The translations under genes and the position numbers were made by a program. The notes below the pieces were generated by a model, which worked only from the letters and a program-made list of their open reading frames with translations, made no database searches and was not told where the DNA came from. A stretch of DNA of 64,000 nucleotides from Eledone cirrhosa (lineage: Eukaryota), in NCBI GenBank assembly GCA_964016885.1, contig OZ024743.1, forward strand, positions 279,620,001 through 279,684,000, in the 5' to 3' direction. Of this stretch, positions 40,918 through 55,894 are shown piece by piece (the first letter of the stretch is position 1; every line of letters starts with the position of its first letter).

Positions 40918-41236
40918 TATTTGTATTGCAAGGTTTTTGATATGAAATCGTGTGTCGAAACAAATATTGTTATACACATTACAATACAATGGGAGGAAAC
41001 ATAATAGTATCACTGATGATGTCGCATATGTGCGACAAGAGAACTTTGATAGACTATATATATACATATTTATATCTGTATTTTTAACAGCTGATTTAAC
41101 ATTGATTGTCAAATAAATTAACTATGGAGATATAAAAAATACAGAAGCGAAATCTAACCCAAACCAAAACAGTGACTTCGTTCTGTTGTGATTTCTGGTA
41201 ATATTATAACAATATGACCCTCCCCAAGCATAACAA
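40918..41236 (+). mobile_element. Solo PLE pseudo-LTR with inverted 5' piece; HHR at 41008-41051
   Basis: 40975-41236 is the sense 3' end of the 27-30 kb family. 40925-40973 is the next downstream segment, inverted. HHR TATCA-CTGATGA-T-GTCGCATATGTGCGAC-AAGA(mutated GAAA)-GAACTT-TGATA. Confidence 0.8.
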
Positions 41237-41305
41237 TGTATATATATATATATTGTAAAGTGAAATGACAGGAAGCCAAGAGGCCTAACATGTTTAATTT
41301 CCTCA

Positions 41306-41351
<46 letters not shown>

Positions 41352-41371
41352 ACGTATACATGTGTATATAC

Positions 41372-41416
<45 letters not shown>

Positions 41417-41419
41417 ATA

Positions 41420-41762
<343 letters not shown>

Positions 41763-41871
41763 CCTTTCAAAAAGGTGACCGTTGTTTTTGGAGGCCATCC
41801 GGATAGTGGTTTGTTTACTTTAGTAAGTCATAGTGTTAAGAGCAAGTAAAAAGATGGAGAGATAGAGAGAA

Positions 41872-42272
<401 letters not shown>

Positions 42273-42770
42273 ATCATGTATATATATAAATATGTATATA
42301 TATATACACATATACATAAATGCCACATATATGCATACATACACAGAAAACAGAAATATTCACACATACACATACTCATGTATGTTGACCGAGAATGAAT
42401 ATGCCCCCAAGTTCTAAATGCTAAATACAATTTGTAAAACAAAGAGTACGGGAGGTAACTGAAATAAAACCAATTAAATATTAAGCCCTCCCGGAGGGAA
42501 TTTTTGTATACAAATTTTGCATGAATAATCTTAAATATTTGAAGATTTTCAACTTACTATATTACATATGCGAAAATCTACTACGTTTTTGTTTAGTATG
42601 CAGATCTCTCTATAGAGGTAGTTTCCTCCAGCCATATTGTCGACATTTATAATCAATGTCACAACATTCGCTTTGTTTATCCTGCCACACACACAAACAT
42701 ACGCACACACACACACACACACATACATACACACACTCTCCCTCTCTTTCCTCTCTCGCTCTCTCTCTCT

Positions 42771-42848
<78 letters not shown>

Positions 42849-42862
42849 ATATATATATATAT

Positions 42863-42995
42863 ATTGTTATATTAGGGGAGAGTCATGTTATCCTGATATT
42901 GTCAGAATAAAACAGTAAAATAAATCACACTGGTTTGATTTTTGCTTCAGCATATCTTTATATTTCTATCAATAATTTTGCTGGAAATCAATGCT
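42863..42995 (-). mobile_element. Diverged 3' tip of the same PLE pseudo-LTR family
   Basis: ATTGTTATATTAGGGGAGAGTCATGTT...CTGGTTTG..TTTGCTTC resembles 27161-27250. Lies between (TA)n tracts. Confidence 0.55.
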
Positions 42996-43000
42996 TATAC

Positions 43001-43370
<370 letters not shown>

Positions 43371-43846
43371 GAAAAGTATAGAAATTGTTGTATATATATT
43401 ATATATATATTTATATATATATATACATATATGATCACCATATATATTCAATTACCTGTTTAAACATTCTCTATGCTTCGATGTTCGATGAATGCAGATA
43501 TCCATCTGGTAGAAACAATTGTCAGCAAATAAATGTATTAAACTAAGATTTTATTGTTTCATATTTTGTATCGCGGTTCTGTAATACATTTGATAATTTA
43601 CAATGCGCCTTTTCTCCTACCGGTAACCGGCTACTACTTAGTACTACCCTCCATATTTATAATGATATATAAACCCTATATAAGTATAAATATTAATATT
43701 ATTACTATATATATATATATATATATATAAACGTTTGTATATGTATAATAAAGCTAAAACAATGCAGGTATGGACATAGAATAAAGAATGCAAATGCAAA
43801 AGATATTGTTGACAATTCGTCTTTTACCTTAGATTTATTTAAATGT

Positions 43847-43881
43847 CCTTAATTTTCGAGATAATATCTCTTCTTCAGAGG
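43847..43881 (-). ncRNA. Minimal type I hammerhead ribozyme 3' of the PLE ORF
   Basis: CCT-CTGAAGA-A-GAGAT-ATT-ATCTC-GAA-AATT-A-AGG. Palindromic AAUU stem III, UUA triplet. Confidence 0.7.
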
Positions 43882-44295
43882 GAAGTAAAACTGTCAAACC
43901 AGTGTTCTAAATAGCTTGCCAAGTCATGCTGGCAGGAAATGGTATAGAGTATCTGTTCTAACTCTAATGTCAAAGAGTTAAGATTAGGTGGATAAAGAGT
44001 AGTCTCCCTTTAAAAGGGGTTTGTTTTTGTTTTTTTTTGTTTTATTATACATGCCTGTTTAAGTGTGTGGGAGAATGCATGAAGGTGTAAGTATGTGAGT
44101 GTGTGTGTGTAAGTGTGAGAAGATATGTCTATACGTAAATGTGGGGGATAGATGCTATCTCGTGTTAGAACTGGTTTTATGTGTGTGTATGTGAGAGAGG
44201 ATAAGTGGAGGTGTAAGCGTGTGTGTGTGTGTGCGCGCGTGCGTGTGTGCGTGTGTGTGTGTGGGGTGTGTGTAAATATGGGGCTAGAAGCTCTA

Positions 44296-45605
44296 TCAAG
44301 TTATATATTGGGTGTTGAGTTCTAGTCTATTATTGATTGGTGGTTGTGTTTTGTCTATAATTAGTGCTTCCTTAATTCTAAGATTGCCGAGGTTTCTTTC
44401 CTTACTTTCTATTCTAACTGTTATGGTTTTGTCGGTGTTTTTGCATTTAACTAGGTGTTTCTTAAATGAGGAAGCGTTAATATTGAGGTGTTGTTTTATT
44501 CTTATGTGGAGTGGTCTGGTGGTGCTACCTACGTAGAAGTTGTTGCATTTGTCACACTCTAGTCTGTATACGACATAAGCCTGGTGGCATAGATCTGTGG
44601 GTTGATGGGGCAGTCGGTTAGTCTGCAGCAGTTGTCATGCCTGGTGGAGTGTCTTTTGATAAGCTGTCCGCGAGTGGACCAGTTGGATATCTAGTCCCTC
44701 TCGTCTGATAGCTCTGTGGATGGCTGTTGTTGTTTCTTCACTGAAGTGTGGGAGCTTCAGGAAGCAAGTGTTAATGCCTCAGGTGTGGTGTCCTCTGTTC
44801 TTTCTGGCACGGTTTGTGGTGGATGTCGTGTATCCGTTCAGTTTGAGTACTTCCAGGAAATGTGTGGTGTGTGTGTCTCGGTCTCTAGCGTCGGTGCATT
44901 TGTTCCGGATACGTGTCAGTTCGTTCCTTATGTATCCGAACTTGGCACCGAGTGGGAGGGCCGATCTGAAATGTACGAACAGGTCCCTGCTGGCGGCTTT
45001 TTTATAGAAGCAGGTGTGGATGTTGCCTTCCTCTGTTACCCTGATTTGAAGGTCCAGTAGGGATAGGGATCCGCGGTCATCGGGGTGTTCCATGCTGTAC
45101 TTTATACTGGCGTCCATGCTGGAGAATGTTGTGTATATTTTATCTGCCTCCTCATGGGATGATGTAAGGATGAGTATGTCATCTACATATCGGGTGAAGA
45201 AGGTATGGGAATGGCAGGTGTTGAGGGCTCGGCATTCTAGCTGGTTCATGTAGGTGATGGCCAGCAGGCCCGATAGGCTGGATCCCATGGGTAATCCTGT
45301 TGTCTGTCTGTATGTGTGGTGGTGGAAGGTGAAGTACGTGTTGTCTACTGTGAAGTACAAAAGCTGGTGTGTGTCCGTCGGGTGGAGGCTATAGCAGTGG
45401 ATGTCCTCTGCGACCACGCAGTCCGTCAATAAATCGACAGCTGGATAAGCGGGGACTGTAGTGTAGAGGGAGACAACGTCGAGGCTAAAGGCGTATCTAT
45501 TTAGTTTAAGTTGTTCTGGCTGGAGTTGGTGTAGTCTACGTATAACTTCGTCAGAGCTACTGACATGCCCGGGAAAGGTGGAGAGTAGAGGCTTGAGGAC
45601 GAAGC
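44296..45605 (-). pseudogene. PLE RT + GIY-YIG pseudogene
   Basis: FSLDVVSLYTTVP, YRQTTGLPMGSSLS, FTRYVDD, LSLLDL, then TGA at 44779-44781, LKLPHFSE, two compensating frameshifts, and VVYRLECDKCNNFYVGSTTRPLHIRIKQH...IKEALII..QPPINN. Confidence 0.9.
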
Positions 45606-46005
45606 ATTGTGAGATAAATGATAAAAACCAATAAGTTTGAAAAAGCCGGTACAATGCGGTGGAAATATATAAAGGGGAAAGGTGAAAAATAAAACAAAAC
45701 AAAATAATATTTTACTCAATATAATTCAACATATTATCCTCTTTTCATATATACTTTGTGGGTAATACTGTATGTTACAGATATTTTGTTCACTATTTTC
45801 CTAGAAGCAACAACAATAGCAGGAAAACTGTTGTTGTTGTTCTTGTTGTTGTTGTTTTTCTTCTTCTTCTTCTTCTTCTTCTTCTTCTTCTTCTTCTTCT
45901 TCTTCTTCTTCTTCTTCTTCTTCTTGAGAGAATCGTGGAGGCAGAGTCCTCAAACACTCCTTCCGAGTGAGACCAGCCAAGCTCATGCATGTTATCCAAC
46001 CATCT

Positions 46006-46068
<63 letters not shown>

Positions 46069-46238
46069 TTGTTTACGCCTGTTCAGTTTCAAATAGATGA
46101 TCAACATTTGATTGGTCCTTCAAGGTCTCATCTTCAGAATGAAGTGCTGCTCCTCTTTTATATTATCTAGCGTGAAGGTAATACATCGCTGCAAAAAAAA
46201 CATTGAATTGCTCGCGAAAAATGTGTTTCTGATTAGTG

Positions 46239-46400
46239 TACGAGGGTCTACTGAAATATTCATAGGCTGACGATGAAGGAGTGATGCTAGAGCTCTCATA
46301 TCTTGCATGTATTCATTTCAACTCTTATTAGTGACTGCATTGTTTTTTCTCAGGCACTATGTTGAAAAATAAACCTCATTTGATCATTCCATAACAGTAT
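46239..46400 (+). mobile_element. Probable mariner-type DNA transposon end
   Basis: TA-CGAGGGTCTACTGAAATATTCATAGG resembles irritans-subfamily mariner TIRs (CGAGGG...AAAAGTTCATGG). No partner TIR found. Confidence 0.4.
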
Positions 46401-46784
46401 CTAAAAAAAGCCTTGTCTGCATGTGTTTGAGAAAGTACCAGATTGGTGACCGGCGCGAATAAAACCACTGAAAGTGAAATATGGTGAGAGCGAAAAAGAT
46501 CCATACCACAGCGTCCTTTGAGCGAATTAAGAAGGTACGCGCTCTGGCATTAGGCAGACGGGCCAGGCCGAAAGATATATTGCAGTCTCCATTTCATGCC
46601 GTAAAAACTGGTGATTCGCCTGCAACCTGTCTTAGATGGCGTGGGATGAATGCACAGAGATTGCGTATCCAGAAGTCCCGAAAAGCGACCCCGAAAAAGC
46701 ATATGACCGTGTTCCACGGGACCGGCTGTGGAAGATTCTGCAGGGATATGGGATCGATGGTTAGCTTCTTGTTGCACTGGTTTC

Positions 46785-47625
46785 TCTGTATGCCCGAGTA
46801 TTTGTGTTTCAATAAATGGTACTAAAACGAAACCATTTCATGTGAGAGTCTTCCTCCGCCAAGGGTGCGTTCTTTCACCTATCCTGTTCATCAATTTTAT
46901 GAACAGATTTGACATGCGCACCCGGGTTGGAAGTGGTATGACGACTGGTAGGTGTAGAATCAGTTGGCTGGAATCTGCAAACGACATGGTATAAGTCAAC
47001 TCGACAGAAAGTGATCTCCGACTTGCACTTTATAGGTTTGATGCCGAGTGCTGCATGACTGGAATGAAAATCAGTGCAGCGAAAACTGAGACACTCGTCC
47101 TATTAAGGAAGCTTATGCAGTGCACACTACACATGAATGGAGTTCCACTGAAGCATGTGAAGTGGTTCAAGTATCTCGGGGCTGTGTTGGCGAGAGATGG
47201 AAGGCAGGAGGCTGAATTAAGTGCACGGTAATAGAAGAATTGATGTAGGTGTGAAAGCCAAACTCACTATCTTTAATACCGTATCCATGCCAACCCTTAC
47301 CAATAGTCATGGATGTTAGGTAATGACTGAAAGAATACGACCGCAAATACGAGGGGTCACAATGGGGTTCCTCCGAGGGTCTTTGGAGTAACGTTCTTTG
47401 ATATAATGCCTAGATCGGTGATCAGAGAGTTGTTCCAAGTAGAGCCGCTACTTCTTCGAATTGAGAGATTACAGTCTCGATACTATGGGCATGTGGTTAG
47501 AATGTCTGCGGAAAGAATTGCTGGACAGATTATTATGGGCAACCCCAAAAGGCAGGAGACCCTGGAGTAGACAGTGGGGAACTTGGTTGGATAACTTCCC
47601 TGAGATCGGCTAGTCTCGCTCGGCG
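46785..47625 (+). pseudogene. RTE-like LINE RT and C-terminal fragment
   Basis: LRQGCVLSPILFINFM...ANDMV...GMKISAAKTE...FKYLG...YYGHVVRM...GNP. Followed by a (GAA)n/(CAA)n tail. Confidence 0.85.
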
Positions 47626-48925
47626 ATCCAGCCGGATCAATAGGAAATAGTTGCTTCTGACAAGAACCGCTAGAAGAAGAAGAAGAAGAAGAAGAAGAAG
47701 AAGAAGAAGAAGAAGAAGAAGAAGAAGAAGAAGAAGAAGAAAACAACAACAACAACAACAACAACAACGGCAACAACAACAACAACAGCAGCAGCAACAA
47801 CAGCAAATACAACAAAAACGAAAAAAATACCACCCACGTTAACATTATCAAACAATGATAACAAGACTTATCAAAGTTATTTTCTAAATATCTTTTCCAT
47901 AAAGCATAAATTGTTATATATATAACGTAAAATGACTGCCTTGGTAAATTTAGCTCTAAACAGTAATCTCCAGTATATTTACTACACAAAATTCTTCACC
48001 CCAGCTCTTTACACTAGTCTATTTTTTATTTTTATATTTGCATACTTTTAATTATTATTGTTTTTCTTCATATTTTAGTTGTTTGTTTTTTCACGCCTAA
48101 AATTGTATAAAATTTCATATAGTAACCATAGTTACTAAAATTTCATATAGTATATATAGTAACCATTTTTCTACACCAATGAACGTAAAAGTCTTCAATA
48201 TTTACATAGTGATTTATTAATCATACTAGTGATGAGTAGAGTGAACACTCTACGCTGATGATGATATCATAATAATACTTGCTCAAATATTGCCAGATAA
48301 TAAATGCCTTGGACATGACATAACGGTAAGGAGTCGGTGTTTAAGATCATCATGTGCGTGTTCGATTTCTGAAGAGGCAGTGTATTGTGTTATTGAACAA
48401 AATACATCGTTGTTCCAGTCAACTCAGCTGAAGTTGGACACTAACAACAGTTGTGGGATTGCTTGTTCCATTGACTGGTGACCTGTCCAGAGGGTTTTAT
48501 ACTAACCATAGCTTAACTCCAATAGAGATAAATGATTTTTTCTTTACAAAATATATTCCTCCTTTGACAGTGAAGCAACCATATAGTTATTGTATACAAA
48601 CTTAATTATATGCTTTCATATGCGCCCCATATTATGCTTAAACATTGTCTTAGTGCTACTGTTAATTAATTAAAACTAGTCAATCTCAGTCTATAGAAAA
48701 TAACCATTTCCAACTGGTGTTTCTATTTGTTGTATGCAAGTGAGCAGCCACAGTAAATGTTCATCATGCAAAATGTATATGGAGTCTAGTGTACTTCCAT
48801 GTCAGTACAGGTTGTATGAATATATGTGTAGCTCAACTCCTATCACAGATTTATTATTCTCTCAATGTTATATATTCTTCCAATTTCGCTACAATATATA
48901 TGTGTTGGTTTGTGTGTGTGCGTGA

Positions 48926-48984
<59 letters not shown>

Positions 48985-49005
48985 CGTGTGTGTGGGTGTG
49001 TGTGT

Positions 49006-49037
<32 letters not shown>

Positions 49038-52000
49038 CTGTGTGCGTGTGTGTTACTGTGACTGTATTACTGTGACTAAATTGCCACAACATAAACAAAG
49101 TGAAACTGAACCTAGGATTTGCATAAATTCAAGTAAGCTTAATACATTAACCTGCACCCAACTATGCCCACCGGGTGCATAAAACATTGCAGATATAATG
49201 CAAAATCATAACGATATTCCAAACCATACCTAATCATTAATATCATAACAACAACCAAACTTAAATCAGTAGGCGAGCGACTTCATCGGATGGCAGCCGT
49301 CGCAATACTTTGCTTTTATATTACCCTGTAGTAATCAACCCACTACTAGGAAATTAGTTAAGAAAAATGTTTTAATATGATAACTAAAATATCATGATAT
49401 TTATTAAATCAAACTATTAATACATTTTCTTAATGATTTGCTTCAGATTATTTAGTATATAAAAATCCCACCGTATGTTTTCCAAATTTCTGCGTTTTGA
49501 ATTTAAATCCCGTCAGGATTAATGTTTCCTCTTATCCATTCCTGGTCAATAGATATAGTACCAGTCCACCACTTGAATCTGTTTCCCTCTCACTTTCTCA
49601 GACACTCTCGGTCACTTTCTCTCTCTTGATATCTCTTGAACATGCTATCTTAAATACAATTATAGTTTTATCAATCCAATCGATATAGATGGAATTCTAA
49701 CACAGAACGTACGCTAAGTTTTATTTGTCTGTTACTCTTTAAAATTTACTCACAAGTATACCCACATATAAACGCATGCACACAAGCATTTCCTACCTCG
49801 GCCATGTTGGTTCAAATAAGAAATTCGCTTTCCATGCTACAAATTTTTTAAAAATATTAAATCTGTAAGTCAATTGTACATATAAGCGGAATGTATATGT
49901 AATTGCTTCCTAGAAATGTATTATCAAAATAGCATTCTTATACGTAATCACTTCCACGTATTTTCCTATCTATCTGTTTAACTTTTACTTCGTTACTCTG
50001 CCTATCAACAATGCAACAAGCCACGAATTATCAAAACGAGAACGCAAATTTCCCAGTTTCTATGCTTCTTCATATATCCGGTAATCTAGGTATATATGTG
50101 AAACACTATTACCGTCACGATTGATGGCATCCGGTCACTATTAGGCAAATAAAATCCACACGGAAGCATTGGAAGCATCCATAGAAAATCCCATATAGAG
50201 AACACCGCACACAGATACATAGCTCACACACCGTTGCATCCATCACACATACATACATAGATACATGCATGCCTACATACATACATAATTACATACAGAG
50301 AAGCAGGTTATCTACGGACCATTGATAAGGTGTTTTCTAATCCAGAATCCAATAAATACATTCAGTTTCATATCCCTTAGAATTGGAGCTACAGATTATA
50401 TACCAAACTGAATGGTCCATAATATTACTGAACTTGGATTTGTAGAGAAAAATGTGTCTTTCCTTAATTAATAGGCTATAAATGGCCGCGATATCTGGAC
50501 GCTTCACCATCTGCAACACTTTCTAAACATTCAAAGGATGAATACTTACACAAGACTTGTTGGAATTTTCTTTTCCTTTACAACCTGGCCACCAGGAAGG
50601 TAGCCAGTCAAAAATATACTCAAAATTAAGAGAAAGAGAGAACATTTATACATCGACATACATATTCATCAAAACCGCCATACCTGCAAACCACGTGCAG
50701 TTATCACTATCATTCCTCAACCTTCTCTTCCTCCCTCTCTCACAGATACAAATCTGTCTTTTTCAGTATGTAAACATATGTATATATACATACATATATA
50801 TATATATATATAGAGAGAGAGCGAGAGAGGGGGAGGGAGAGAAAGAGAGAGAGAGGGGGGAGGGAGATAATACACACTCACATACATAAATTCGCACACA
50901 CATACCTATGCATAGGTATGTGTGTGTGAATATATATATATATGGTGTGTGAGTATATATATGTACATGTCCACCAAGAACAGAATGTGTGTCTTGAGAA
51001 ACAAAAACGAATGGATTTTATTTAGAGAGGGGTGGTTAGAGGTGTTGGTTGAGTAGGCAGAGGGCACGTTGATGGTGACTGTGACGATGGCAACAACGAG
51101 GCGGTGGTGGTGTTTGTGATGGTGTTGTTAGTGGTGATGATGATGTTGTTGTTGGTGTTGGGAATGGTAATGGTGTTTTTGATGGTGGGGGGACAGAAGG
51201 TGGAGAAGCAAGCAGCAGGCGATTCCATGAACGGTCTTCCTACGTTAATGTCTCAGAATGCCTTTGATGTTGACTTCTGAAGCAGGTGCCTCTTTATCTA
51301 CGTAATAAACGAGCGATTTATGGTGAAAATCTTCCGCAATTTCCTTCAAGCCGATTCATTCAAAGACAAACGTTATCACCATGAAAGAGTTAAAGCAAAA
51401 CAAGAGAGAAACCCATATCGGTCACCCCATCCCCATCTTTACCAAATCTACCAGCTCCACCGCCACCACCGCTACCGCAATCCTCGCCGAAGTCATCCTA
51501 CAATATCACTCACAAACATGACCTCCACCAGAACCAATACTACCACCACAATAACCATCATTGATAACAATAACATTGCCATAGCTAGCACCCCATCACC
51601 ATCACAAATTCCAACAACACCCTCACCCCTACCATCATTCTCTTCCCCATCACCACCACCATCATCATATATACCCCTACCACTATCACGATCGCAACTA
51701 CTACCAACACCACTACTACACCCTTTACAGCATGCAAGGCATCTGGTTTGATCTGAAATACAAGCGAAACTTGCTTTCGATTGGTGTGAAATATTGGGTT
51801 TGTTTGGTGTTTGTGGTGATGGTGGTGGTAGTTATGATGGAATGAAGAGCAGTAGTTACAGATGAGATAAAGGGAGGAGTACAATAGCTAACGGGAAAAG
51901 AAATGAAGGAGGGGTTAAAGAAATGATGTAAGGGGGAAATAGAATGGATAATGGAAGAATGCACGTATGTACAGAAAGCAGGAAGGCTCAACGTTTGTTT

Positions 52001-52191
52001 TTAGCAGAGGATCATCTAAATATTTCTCAGTACTTTTCTATAAATGCTTCTAATTGTATGTCTGCATAGGTGTGGGTGTATAATTATGTGTTTATGTGTC
52101 CATTATTGTGCATCTTTATTTATCTATCTATCTATCTATTTATCTTTATATACCTATCTATCTATTTATATCTATAACTATCTATCTATCT

Positions 52192-52312
<121 letters not shown>

Positions 52313-52714
52313 CTCTTAATAATGTCTTCTCTTTCGTCCGCCTTAAAAAAGGCTTTTTTGTTTTGTCTTCCGTAATGCATTCCAGATTGTTCTGACCTCA
52401 CATCATATCACTTGGGTAATAACAAAAATATCTTCCGTCTTTGTTTTGCACAGCCTACACTTATTGTCAGCTGACGAGATTCCTCTGTTGTGCATTTGTG
52501 GGGACTTGTTGCTCCTAGTTTGCAAGGATGTATCTTCATGGTAATGTTATGTACTTGTCAGAAAACCAGGATGTTCGTGTTGGTTGTGCTCTCTAAAATC
52601 TAAGTTTTTCGTTTCAAGTACCCTTGAACAATCTTCTCAAATAATACTGGGCGAGATGGTTGCTGACAATTATGTATGTATGTAAGTATGTATGTATATA
52701 TGCATATCGTGTCA

Positions 52715-53150
52715 ACCCTGAGTGCTACTGGTAACATGTAACCCAATACAACCTGTCGGATGGTCGGGTCGTCGGCGACTCAACTGGCAACCCCACCAAG
52801 TTTACTTAGTGAGGAGGGTGATTTTGGACACCCTGCAGGACAAAAACCAAAACCTGACAAAGGGCAGAAGAACGGATAAGAGTCAACAGCCATCCAAAAG
52901 TGTGTAAATATGTATATACACATGTACCGCGCGGTTAAACCACTGGGAGTGAAGGACCTCTAGCCTTTGTCAGGCATTCTTCTAGGAGAAGGCAACTCAG
53001 GAAACTGGGATAACTCCGATATAAAACCTGCGGCTCAGTAGTTATCGATGATGTTGATCTTTTCTTCTTTTCGGGTCGCTCAGAGAGTGGGATTGGCTCA
53101 GTGCACAGTCTTTCCTCACTTTAAAAATATCTTCACGCACAGGTATTGCA
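52715..53150 (+). mobile_element. Interspersed repeat homologous to 25755-26165
   Basis: Shared blocks GAGTGCT..TGGTAACATGTAACCC, CGTCGGCGACT, AAAACCTGCG and GTCTTTCC.C.CTT.AAAAA. Confidence 0.55.
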
Positions 53151-53524
53151 CGATAGAATTAATTAATAATTATTAATAATGGTATATCGTGCAATGGCCA
53201 TACTCAATAACGAGGGGGCAGCCATCATGCATGAGTGTATATAAGTATGTATATATGTGTATGTATGCATGTGTGATCGATGCAATGGTGTGTGATCTAT
53301 GTATCGGTGTGTATGTATATAAGTAGTGGTGTTCGTAAGTTACATTTTGTACAACGTAATTCTAAGTGCTGTCAAAAAGAACTCATATTTGATAGAATAA
53401 ATATCTAATAAATACTGTAATAGTACCACCTTCCAACATAACTTTACATCTTGTATATTAGATAATGCATCTCATGACGAAATACAAATTACGTTTTAGA
53501 TTCTACTAATGTGCATATATAAAG

Positions 53525-53685
53525 TGGGGAGTTGGCAGAGTGGTTAGAACGTCGGATACAATGCTTTACCGTATTCCTTCCGGATTTCTGTGCTCTGAGT
53601 TCAAATTTGAGCTGCCAAGGTCAACTTCGCCTATCATCCTTTTGAGGTAGATAAAAATTTATCAGTCCAGTACTTGGGACGATTT
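53525..53685 (+). mobile_element. SINE family A-related copy
   Basis: TTGGCAGAGTGGTTAGAACG (A box), GAGTTCAAAT (B box), GTCAACTTCGCCTATCATCCTTTTGAGGTAGATAAAA. Confidence 0.7.
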
Positions 53686-53813
53686 TTATTCTATATATCT
53701 CCCTCGCTTTCGCTCTATTACTCTCTCTTCTTCTCTGGACAAAGTCGGTTGAGTTTAAACCGGGAGAGGAGATGAGCTCAGTCAGGAATAACAGGTACAA
53801 AAAATGTGTGTAT

Positions 53814-53857
<44 letters not shown>

Positions 53858-54904
53858 ACGACAGATTCTATCTCTCTCTCTCTATCTCTCTCTCTCTCTC
53901 TCTTTACAAACACACGCACACGCACACACATACTCACACACACAAACACACACAAATATATATATATAATTAAACATAGATAGGAACGAGATGTCAGAGT
54001 ATCATCATTAAGTTTATTCATGTGTGACGCGCGTTTCGCTAATAATCAGCTCAAGGTTCGACCGGACTGTGTAATCAAAAGCTTATCAGATTCTAGGCTC
54101 GTTTATGATGGAGGACATATTCAGCTTGCATTCTTTCCTAATCGTTTTACATCTTTCTGTATAATGCTGTTTTCTCTCACTCTAACCCATTCTAATTTCC
54201 ATTGTTTTTACATGAATATATTAATTCAGACTCCCATTTATTTATGTATTTCATGTCCTTGCCCATCTCTCAGGCACTCATTTATTTTTATTTTTCATAT
54301 CTTTCTTCTCTGTCTCATATATTTTGTTTCTTTTACTTGTTTTTTTTTTTTTGTTTCCTCTCTATTTTTTTATGGATTTCTCTCATTTGTTTTCTAACTT
54401 TCTCTGTATCACATCATTCTTTCTACACCGCATGTCTGTTTATGTTTCATTTACATCATAAGCTCTTTTATCTGGAGTGGTGTTGGTGTTGCTCACAACT
54501 TTCATTTGGTTTCAATCTATCTCTCTAATCATCATTTGTTTAGGGTCTTTATTATTATTCCTTTTCTATTCTGGTTATAACTCCATCATATGTCTGTGTG
54601 ACTATCTATTTGTTCTTCTCTCTCAACGTTCTGTTTATATATATATATATATGAAATAAAGCAACGGAGTAAAGGACTCGCGTTGGTCCCTGTAATATAA
54701 TGAGCTCAAGGAAATTTCCCAATATATATGAGAGAATATATGAAAAGAACATGTTTTCATTACAGGGTGTATATTACCATTAGAGTGAAACACATAAAAG
54801 CTGCGAAAGGTACAGAATATGCATTATAATTAAACAGATAATTAGACACTTTCATGAAAACATATTCTTTTAATGTATTCTCTCATATATATATATATAT
54901 ATAT

Positions 54905-55517
54905 ATGAGAAAAATGGAGAGCTGCGTGGTTGCACATGGGTCACATATGAATAAAATTAGTCCTTTATCAGTGATCTTCCAACTTTCATTGGTATTTCAT
55001 CGCTTTAAAAATCATATACCTCTAGTTGGTGCGAGCAATAACACAATAAAGTTATTGGGACAAGTAAAATAGGGTGAAACGAGCGAGACAAGTAAACAAA
55101 CAACGATGGTATTGCAACGGAAAGATAGGAAGAGACAAGTACATGATATCTGTAAGCTTAAGCTTGGTGAATTCATGGACGAGAGATACAGACCATCCGA
55201 CATGGGTGAGATGTGAGCGAGAAAAGGATTCCACACAGGTCAAACGGGAGGAAATGAGAGAGGGGGAAAAGCGGAGAGTGAGTGAGTGGAAGTGTGAGGA
55301 AGAGACCAGCCAAGAGAGAGTGTGACTGGCAGAGGGGGTAAAAAGAAGATGAGAGATACAGAGAGAAGGGAAGCAGTAAGAAAGAAACAGACAATCGCAG
55401 CTGAGGAAAAAATATAAATATGAGAAAAATGGAGAGCTGCGTGGTTGCACATGGGTTACATATGAATAAAATTAGTCCTTCATCAGTGATCTTCCAACTT
55501 TCATTGGTATTTCATCG

Positions 55518-55522
<5 letters not shown>
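54905..55522 (-). mobile_element. Family X element, copy 3
   Basis: 54905-55007 is repeated at 55420-55522 (period 515 = 644 minus the 129-bp unit). (TA)n on both sides. Motif at 54929-55039 has its core mutated to CUGAUAA. Confidence 0.88.
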
Positions 55523-55611
<89 letters not shown>

Positions 55612-55801
55612 TTAGATATAAATGGGAGGGGGTGTAATTAAGAATTGGTTTCTGAAGAGGATCTGAAAAAGCCAATTAAATATGGTATTTTATACGTTGG
55701 TGGAGAATTAGCTTATTTAATTTATATAGAAATGACTCTTTCATATGAATCTATCACAACAGTTCTAGTCCCGTCAAAGTCATTTCTTTCTCTATCTTTC
55801 T

Positions 55802-55894
<93 letters not shown>

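Larger units (their letters stand above)
43730..45605 (-). mobile_element. Second Penelope-like element, 5'-truncated and decayed
   Basis: RT-EN coding region, CA-rich 3' UTR, HHR, then (TA)n. Confidence 0.85.

Noticed and set aside
44779-44781. In-frame TGA in the second PLE as possible selenocysteine (known for some Naiad PLEs)
   Set aside because: It lies in a variable basic linker rather than a conserved Cys position, is easily explained by CGA->TGA, and the copy also has frameshifts. I saw no SECIS.
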